Below, in pieces: positions 57,718-64,000 of a stretch of DNA of 64,000 nucleotides. The notes under the pieces were generated by a model. That model saw only the letters and a list, made by a program, of their open reading frames with translations. It was not told the origin of the DNA and ran no database searches. Position numbers and translations under genes: made by a program. The number at the start of each line of letters is the position of its first letter. Positions within the stretch are counted from its first letter, which is position 1. Source of the stretch: Acidimicrobiia bacterium (GTDB lineage: Bacteria; Actinomycetota; Acidimicrobiia; Spongiisociales; ZC4RG35); assembly GCA_026002975.1 (NCBI GenBank), contig BPGJ01000003.1:80552-144551 (forward strand), given 5' to 3'.

Positions 57718-59061
57718 ATGCCAAGAGGTCCCAAGACAACCGAATGGTTCGAACGCGCCCGCAAAGTCATGGTGCACGGCGTGTCGTCCGGGTTCAGATA
57801 CTGGGGGGAGCACGACACCCCGGTGGTCGCGGCCGGTAAGGGAGCCCACATCTGGGACATGGACGGCCGTCGGTACATCGACTATCAGCTCGGGTTCGGA
57901 CCGGTGATCCTCGGCCACGGCGACGAGTACGTCGTCGAGCGGGTCTGCCGAGCCGCATCCCAGGGAACCGTGTTCGCCCTGACCCAACAGATCGAGGTGG
58001 AAGCAGCCGAGAAGGTGATGTCGGCCTTGAAGTGGCCGGCGGCCATGCGGTTCACCAACACGGGAACCGAAGCCACCATGCACGCCATCCGTCTCGCCCG
58101 GGGTTGGGGCGCCCGGGATCTGATCCTCAAGTTCGAAGGGGCGTACCACGGAGCCCACGACTATGTGCTGTACTCGACCGCCGGGGCCCCTGCCGCCCAC
58201 CTGGGGTCGAGGCTCAGGCCGGTTCCGTGGCAGGCGTCGTCGGGGATCCCCGATTCGATCCGCACCTTCATAGCCACCCTTCCCTACAACGACACCGAGC
58301 TGGTGGAGGAGTTCTTCGACGACCACGGTCACGAGCTGGCCGCGGTGATCGTCGAGCCCATGGCGGGCAACTTCCTGGGGGTGTTGCCGGAGCCGGGTTT
58401 CCTGGAGACGCTCAGGCGCCTGTGCGACGAGAACGAGGTGGTTCTCATCTTCGACGAGGTGAAGACGGGTTTCCGTCTCGGGCTGGGCGGCGCGGTGGAG
58501 GCGTTCGGGGTGGTGCCCGACTTGGCCACCTACGCCAAGGCGATGGGCAACGGCTTCCCGGTGGCCGCCATAGCCCTCTCAGAGAAGATGGTGGAAGGGT
58601 GGGCGATGGGAGGCATCACCCAGGCGGGAACCTATTCGGGCAACTCGGTGGCCGCAGCGGCCGCCCTGGCCACCATCGAACGTCTGGAAGAAGGCGACGC
58701 CTACGACCGGATCGAGAAGGCCGGAACCGCCCTGATGGCGGGGATTCGAGCCATCCTCGACGAACGGGGCTATCCCGGCTGCGTGGTGGGCCACCCGGCC
58801 ATGTTCTCGGTGTTCTTCGGGGAGGGAACCCCCCGCGAGTATCGGGACCTGGTGCGTCACGACGCCCGGGTGTACAACGCCACCATCATGGCCATGATCG
58901 ACAGGGGGGTGATGCCCTGTCCCGACGCACGTGAGCCCTGGTTCATCTGCGCCGCCCACAGCGAAGAGGATGTGACCCGAACCTTGGAGGTCTTCAGCGA
59001 CGCCTTCGACGAGACTCTGGCTCGGGCCGGCAGCCTCCGCTCGGTGGGTGAGGACGAGTGA
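57718..59061 (+). CDS. class III PLP aminotransferase (GSA-aminomutase-like)
   Basis: 447 aa. GAYHG, FDEVKTGFRLG and the PLP-lysine context YAKAMGNGFP. Confidence 0.8.
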   Translation: MPRGPKTTEWFERARKVMVHGVSSGFRYWGEHDTPVVAAGKGAHIWDMDGRRYIDYQLGFGPVILGHGDEYVVERVCRAASQGTVFALTQQIEVEAAEKVMSALKWPAAMRFTNTGTEATMHAIRLARGWGARDLILKFEGAYHGAHDYVLYSTAGAPAAHLGSRLRPVPWQASSGIPDSIRTFIATLPYNDTELVEEFFDDHGHELAAVIVEPMAGNFLGVLPEPGFLETLRRLCDENEVVLIFDEVKTGFRLGLGGAVEAFGVVPDLATYAKAMGNGFPVAAIALSEKMVEGWAMGGITQAGTYSGNSVAAAAALATIERLEEGDAYDRIEKAGTALMAGIRAILDERGYPGCVVGHPAMFSVFFGEGTPREYRDLVRHDARVYNATIMAMIDRGVMPCPDAREPWFICAAHSEEDVTRTLEVFSDAFDETLARAGSLRSVGEDE

Positions 59062-60437
59062 GCCCGTACCGGTCGCTCAGCCTGTGGCACGACAACCTGG
59101 GTGAGGAGCTCTCTCCCCGCGACCCGCTCGACGGAGACACCCGGGCGGACGTCGTAGTGGTGGGTGGGGGATACACCGGTCTGTGGGCCGCCTACTACCT
59201 GAAGAAGGCGGAACCGACCCTGGACGTGGTGGTCCTCGAAGCCGAGATATGCGGGTTCGGGGCGTCGGGTCGCAACGGCGGTTGGGCCACCCACGAGATC
59301 GCCCTCGACCGTGACCGGGCCGCCGCTCGACACGGGCGGGACGCCACCATCCGGATGTTGCGGGAGGTGTGTGATGCGGTCGACGAGATCGGGCGGGTCG
59401 CGGCGGCGGAGGGGATCGACTGCGACTTCGCCAAGGGAGGGACCCTCACCTTCGCCACCAACCGGGCCCAGGTGGCGCGGCTCCGCCGCTCGATCGAGGA
59501 GGAGCACGCCTGGGGGTTCGGCGACGAGGACTTCCGATGGCTCGACGAACACGAAACACGGGAGCGGGCCCGCTGTGCCGGTGCGCTGGGAGCCGTCTAC
59601 ACGCCCCATTGCGCCGCCCTGCACCCGGCGAAGCTGGTGGTGGGGCTGGCTCGGACGGTGGAGCGTCTAGGGGTACGCATCTACGAGCAGACCAAGGTCA
59701 CCTCCATCGAACCGGGGCGGGTCCGGACGTTGCGGGGTGACGTTACCTGCGACACCTCGTTGAGGTGCACCGAGGCGTTCACGGTGCAGTTGCCCGGTAT
59801 GGCCCGCGCCTACGTGCCGGTGTACTCGTTGATGATCGCCACCGAGCCGCTTCCCCGGGACAGTTGGGAGGAGATCGGCCTCGAGGGGCGGCCGACGTTC
59901 AACGACGGTCGCCACCTGGTGATCTACGGACAGCGGACCGCCGACGGCCGGTTCGCCTTCGGGGGGAGGGGCGCTCCGTACCACTTCGGATCGCGGATCT
60001 CCCCCGCCTACGACCGGCACCCCGTGACCCACCGGGCGGTGGAGCAGGTGCTGCGATCCCTGTTCCCCCAGATCGGCGAGGCGAAGGTCACCCACCGTTG
60101 GGGAGGCGCGGTGGCCATCCCCCGGGACTGGCAGGCGTCGGTGCGATACGACCCGGCCACCGGGATGGGGGAAGCCGGCGGATACGTAGGTGGGGGAGTG
60201 GCCGCCTCCAATCTGGCAGGCCGAACCCTGGCCGACCTGGTGCTCCAACGCGACACTGACCTGGTCAGCCTCCCTTGGGTGGGGCACGTCTCCCGCAGAT
60301 GGGAGCCGGAGCCCCTCCGGTGGGTCGGCGTCAACCTGGGGAGGTTGCTGGCCCCCGCCGCCGACGCGGTGGAAGCCCGCACGGGCAGACCGTCCCGGAT
60401 CCTCGGGGGGATGCTCGATCTGCTCACCGGCCGCTGA
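59058..60437 (+). CDS. FAD-dependent oxidoreductase (DAO family, gamma-glutamylputrescine-oxidase-like)
   Basis: 4-nt overlap upstream. Dinucleotide-binding VVVVGGGYTGLWAAYYL. Confidence 0.75.
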   Translation: MSPYRSLSLWHDNLGEELSPRDPLDGDTRADVVVVGGGYTGLWAAYYLKKAEPTLDVVVLEAEICGFGASGRNGGWATHEIALDRDRAAARHGRDATIRMLREVCDAVDEIGRVAAAEGIDCDFAKGGTLTFATNRAQVARLRRSIEEEHAWGFGDEDFRWLDEHETRERARCAGALGAVYTPHCAALHPAKLVVGLARTVERLGVRIYEQTKVTSIEPGRVRTLRGDVTCDTSLRCTEAFTVQLPGMARAYVPVYSLMIATEPLPRDSWEEIGLEGRPTFNDGRHLVIYGQRTADGRFAFGGRGAPYHFGSRISPAYDRHPVTHRAVEQVLRSLFPQIGEAKVTHRWGGAVAIPRDWQASVRYDPATGMGEAGGYVGGGVAASNLAGRTLADLVLQRDTDLVSLPWVGHVSRRWEPEPLRWVGVNLGRLLAPAADAVEARTGRPSRILGGMLDLLTGR

Positions 60438-60513
60438 CGGACATGAGCGATGCCGCCAAGGACGTCGTGACACACCTCCCCTCGGGCGGGTCGTCAACTA
60501 CCGTGCCGAAACG

Positions 60514-62142
60514 ATGAGCACCATCCACGGCGGCCAGATCGTTGCCCGAGCGCTGAAGGCCGAGGGGGTGGACACCGTGTTCACCCTCACCGGTGGCCAC
60601 ATCCTGCCCATCCTCGACGGCTGCGTCCAAGAAGGCATACGGGTGGTCGACACCCGGCACGAGCAGGCGGCCGCCCACGCCGCCGAGGCCTACACCAGGC
60701 TGACCGGACGGTTGGGGGTCGCCGTGGTGACCGCAGGGCCGGGGGTCACCGACGCCGTCACCGCGGTGGCCACCGCCTGGCACGCCAACACACCGATGCT
60801 GCTCATCGGGGGACGGCATCTGCGACGACAGGAACTGAAGGGTGGTCTCCAGGAGATGAACCATCCGCCCTTGTTCGCGGGGATCACCGCCTGGGCGGGT
60901 ACCGCCTGGGAGACGCACCGTCTCGCCGAATACGTCGCCGCCGCGGCCCGACACGCATTCGCCGGTCGGGGAGCACCCACCTTCCTGGACATCCCCATGG
61001 ACGTGCAGATGGACATGGTCCGGGAGGACGCGGTGATCTGGCCGACCGGCTACCGGACCAGGCTCCGACCGGGCGCCGATCCCTCGACGCTCGAGCGGAT
61101 GTGTGAGTTGCTGGCCGCCGCCGAACGACCGGTGGTGTTCTCCGGGGCGTGGTCCTGGGGGGAGACCAACCGGCTGGTCGAGCTGGCCGAGGCCCTGCAG
61201 GCGCCCACCTACCTGAATGGGCGCGCCCGCGGGTCCCTCCCTCACGGCCATCCCCTCCTGGGGAACCACACCCGGACCCGTGCCCTGGCGGAGTGCGACC
61301 TGGTTCTCGCCCTGGGCGTCGATTGGGACTTCCGGACCGGATACGGAGAGAAGGTGGGGAGCGACGCCAAGGTGATCCACGTCGACGCCGACCCCACCAA
61401 GATCGGTTGGAACCGGCCGGTCGACCTGGGGGTGGTGGCCGACCCGATGACGGTCGTGTCCCAGCTCGTCGACCTGTCGGACCGGTTCGTCCGGACGGAG
61501 ACACCCCGTTGGACCGTCGACGTGATGGCCGAAGACGCCGCAGCCCAGGCCGAGTTCGCACGGCAGGCCGAGTCCGACGACACCCCGATCCATCCACAGC
61601 GGTTCGCCCGGGATGTCGCCCGGTTCTTCGGACCCGACGCGGTGGTGGCGGTCGACGGCGGTGACATCGTTTCGACCACGGCCCGCTGGTTACAGGTGTC
61701 GCATCCCGGTCACGTGCTGGATCCCGGCCCGTTCGGAACGTTGGGCACCGGGGCGCCTTATGCGATCGCCGCCAAGGTCGTCTTCCCGGACAAGCTGGTG
61801 GGCATCGTCTACGGAGACGGAGCCTTCGGTTTCAACGGAATGGAGTACGACACACTGGTGCGGCTCGGGCTGGCGGTGGTGGGCGTCGTCGGCAACGACG
61901 GGGTGTGGGCCAACATCAAGACCCTCCACCGCATGTTGTATCCGGATCGGGTGGTGGCCGCCGACCTGGGGGTCCGCCCCTACCACGACATGGTCCGGGG
62001 GCTGGGCGGACACGGCGAGTTCGTCGAACATCCGGCGGAGATAGTGCCCGCCTTGGAAAGGGCCCGAGCATCCGGGTTGCCCGCCCTGGTGAACGTCCAC
62101 ATCGCGGAGACGATGCGGGCTTCCTCCAACTACCAGCAGTGA
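60514..62142 (+). CDS. thiamine-diphosphate-dependent enzyme (acetolactate-synthase-large-subunit-like)
   Basis: I chose the start MSTIHGGQIVARALKAEGVDTVFTLTGGH. Contains the TPP motif GDGAFGFNGMEYDTLVRLGLAVVGVVGNDG. Confidence 0.8.
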   Translation: MSTIHGGQIVARALKAEGVDTVFTLTGGHILPILDGCVQEGIRVVDTRHEQAAAHAAEAYTRLTGRLGVAVVTAGPGVTDAVTAVATAWHANTPMLLIGGRHLRRQELKGGLQEMNHPPLFAGITAWAGTAWETHRLAEYVAAAARHAFAGRGAPTFLDIPMDVQMDMVREDAVIWPTGYRTRLRPGADPSTLERMCELLAAAERPVVFSGAWSWGETNRLVELAEALQAPTYLNGRARGSLPHGHPLLGNHTRTRALAECDLVLALGVDWDFRTGYGEKVGSDAKVIHVDADPTKIGWNRPVDLGVVADPMTVVSQLVDLSDRFVRTETPRWTVDVMAEDAAAQAEFARQAESDDTPIHPQRFARDVARFFGPDAVVAVDGGDIVSTTARWLQVSHPGHVLDPGPFGTLGTGAPYAIAAKVVFPDKLVGIVYGDGAFGFNGMEYDTLVRLGLAVVGVVGNDGVWANIKTLHRMLYPDRVVAADLGVRPYHDMVRGLGGHGEFVEHPAEIVPALERARASGLPALVNVHIAETMRASSNYQQ

Positions 62143-62146
62143 CCCG

Positions 62147-62917
62147 TCACAGGAAGACCAGCCCGGCCACCGCCACCGCCGCCGTGTACCAGGCGAACAC
62201 CCCCAAGCCCAGCCTGACGATCGCCTTGATCAGGACGGCGATCGCCAGATAGCCGGACAGGGCCGACACCACGAACCCGACGACCATCTCGGCTGCTCCT
62301 ACTCCGGAACCCGCCAAGTCGGGGAGGGACGTCAAGCCGGCGGCCGCCACCGCGGGAACCGCCAGCAGGAACGACAAACGGGCTGCCTCGGTGGGTTCGA
62401 ACCCCCGTCCCAGCCCCCCGACGATGGTCGCTCCCGAGCGGGAGATCCCCGGGACGAGGGCGATCGCCTGGAGCAAACCGACCACCAGCCCGTCCAACCA
62501 GCCGGCGCCCTCCAGCCTCCGACCGCCCCGAGCCAGCAATCCGCCCAGGATGAGCAGGCCGGTGGTGACCAGCATGGCGACCGCCACCGCGTGGGGGTCG
62601 TCTTCCAACCGGTCCAAGGTGGCCTTCAAGGGGAGGCCGGCCGCAGCCGGGAGGGTTCCCAGTACGAGCACCGCCAGGATGCGCCGGGACTCGGGACGGG
62701 ATAGACGGGCCAGCCCCGCCAGGTCGCGTCGGTAGTAGGTCACCACCGCCAGCAACGTACCGAGATGAAGCACCGCCGACACCGCCAGATCCGGGGTGGC
62801 GACGACCACACCGGCTCGGCGGAGGAAGGCGGGGACGAGGACGAGATGGCCCGAGGAACTTATCGGAAGGAACTCGGTTAACCCCTGGATGAGACCCCAG
62901 AGCAGAGCATCGAGCAC
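62147..62917 (-). CDS. uppP: undecaprenyl-diphosphate phosphatase
   Basis: 256 aa. N-terminal LIQGLTEFLPISSSGHL and PGISRSGATI motifs, with 7-8 TM helices. Confidence 0.9.
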   Translation of the reverse strand: MLDALLWGLIQGLTEFLPISSSGHLVLVPAFLRRAGVVVATPDLAVSAVLHLGTLLAVVTYYRRDLAGLARLSRPESRRILAVLVLGTLPAAAGLPLKATLDRLEDDPHAVAVAMLVTTGLLILGGLLARGGRRLEGAGWLDGLVVGLLQAIALVPGISRSGATIVGGLGRGFEPTEAARLSFLLAVPAVAAAGLTSLPDLAGSGVGAAEMVVGFVVSALSGYLAIAVLIKAIVRLGLGVFAWYTAAVAVAGLVFL

Positions 62918-62926
62918 TCCGACACA

Positions 62927-63445
62927 TTACCGGTCGGTCGACCCGACCAGCACCGCCACCCTTCCCTCCATGGCAGCCGCCGCCACGTGAGGCGCTTCGG
63001 ACCCGGGTACCGCCACCAGCGCCGTCGAGCCGCCGAAGGTGTCTTCCCCCGGCGGAGACACCGTCAGACCCTCGACGGACCTGTCCGGTGTCACGACCAG
63101 CACCTCCTGACCCGGCAGGGCTCCCGGCGGAGTGGGAAGCTCCAGCCCGAACCATCCGGGCGGGACGTCGGTTTCGGTGGGGGCGGCGAGGCTCGCCAAC
63201 ACCGGCACCCCCTCGGGCAGTGAACGAGCAGCCACCAGGGGCAACTCGACCGGGGGGAACAGGCCGGCAGGGACGGGACGCCAAACCACGGCGGTGTCGT
63301 CGATGGTCTCTCCCGCCGTCACCGGACGGATGAGGAAGGGGTGGTCGACCGAGGTGTCGGGAGCGAACTCGATCGCCAGACCGGCCGCCACGAGGAGCGC
63401 GGCCCCCAGATATCGGAGGTATGGGGGGCGGGAAAGCCAGTACAC
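62927..63445 (-). CDS. membrane-anchored hypothetical protein (possibly SAF-domain-like)
   Basis: 172 aa with an N-terminal TM. IRPVTAGETIDDTAVVWRPVP resembles a SAF domain, which is a weak call. Confidence 0.5.
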   Translation of the reverse strand: MYWLSRPPYLRYLGAALLVAAGLAIEFAPDTSVDHPFLIRPVTAGETIDDTAVVWRPVPAGLFPPVELPLVAARSLPEGVPVLASLAAPTETDVPPGWFGLELPTPPGALPGQEVLVVTPDRSVEGLTVSPPGEDTFGGSTALVAVPGSEAPHVAAAAMEGRVAVLVGSTDR

Positions 63446-63508
63446 CCCGGGAACGTATCGAACGTCCCGGGGGGTAGGGAAGAGGGTCGGGGACCGACGG
63501 CAGGGCCC

Positions 63509-63763
63509 TCAGTCGTCGGCGGCGTCGGAAACCGCCTCAGCCTTGGGTTTCTCGCTGTCGGTCTTGGTCTTCGACTTCGACCCGTTGGATCGGCTGTCGG
63601 TCGCGTAGAAGCCGGAACCCTTGAACACCACACCGCGGGCGTGGAACACCTTCTGGAGCTCCCCCCCGCAGCCGTCGTGGGTCTTCAGGGGCCGCTCCCT
63701 GAACGACTGGAAGACCTCCAGCCGCTGTCCGCACGAGCGACACAGGTATTCGTATGTGGGCAT
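63509..63763 (-). CDS. FmdB-family zinc-ribbon protein
   Basis: MPTYEYLCRSCGQRLEVFQS...HDGCGGELQKV (CxxC...CxxC) with a GSGFYATDSR tail. Confidence 0.85.
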   Translation of the reverse strand: MPTYEYLCRSCGQRLEVFQSFRERPLKTHDGCGGELQKVFHARGVVFKGSGFYATDSRSNGSKSKTKTDSEKPKAEAVSDAADD

Positions 63764-63885
63764 CGTGGTCTCTTCCCTTCCCGCTGACCCTGGCAGTCTC
63801 CAGCTCGGACTGCCAAACAGTGTAACCCGGGACCGTATTCCCGAATAGTTAGGCTCCTGGAAGGTCTAGGGAACAGGAGACCGAG

Positions 63886-64000
63886 TTGGACGTCGAAGTG
63901 GCAGTTATCCCCGCGGCGGGTCGGGGAACCAGGATGCGTCCCGCCACCAGGGTGGTGCCGAAAGCGCTGCTCACGGTGGTGGACCGGCCCGCCATCCAGT
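63886..64000 (+). CDS. galU: UTP--glucose-1-phosphate uridylyltransferase, N-terminal part (continues past the window)
   Basis: TTG lies 5 nt after [38 protein letters not shown] matches the GalU N-terminal motif. Confidence 0.7.
   Translation, partial: MDVEVAVIPAAGRGTRMRPATRVVPKALLTVVDRPAIQ

Overview
High-GC, actinobacterial-type chromosome segment. Markers are F420/LLM oxidoreductases, a class E sortase, LysM-M23 peptidase, uppP, rlmN and FmdB; the lineage guess (Actinomycetota, perhaps Acidimicrobiia-like) is low confidence. Most of the window is tightly packed core metabolism, with many ATGA/GTGA start-stop overlaps. It includes two pot-type polyamine ABC transporters. It also includes a large lrp-gabT-gabD-agmatinase-ALDH-aminotransferase-FAD oxidase-TPP enzyme cluster that looks like polyamine/GABA catabolism. 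The main feature is a ~17-kb accessory island (28.46-45.70 kb) wedged between the convergent genes potD and lrp. The island has two tandem units. Each unit carries a ~98% identical four-gene operon (HTH regulator, PG-binding membrane-fusion adaptor, ABC ATPase, FtsX/MacB-type permease). Each operon faces a different, visibly lower-GC set of secreted, lipoprotein or membrane proteins, including an NlpC/P60-like hydrolase. The units are delimited by three copies of the last ~80 bp of lrp plus its terminator hairpin. They also contain poly-G tracts of different length, an ISL3 insertion with target duplication, IS3/IS110 debris and a (GT)10 microsatellite. No integrase is visible. A second anomaly is a cluster of single-base frameshifts at 14.4-20.8 kb. 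It breaks two secreted-protein genes, the sortase, aconitase and an ArsR-type regulator, so this is either local assembly error or real gene decay. I found no rRNA, convincing tRNA or CRISPR array. All family calls come from motif recognition in the supplied translations. No searches were run, and all percent identities and GC statements are manual estimates.
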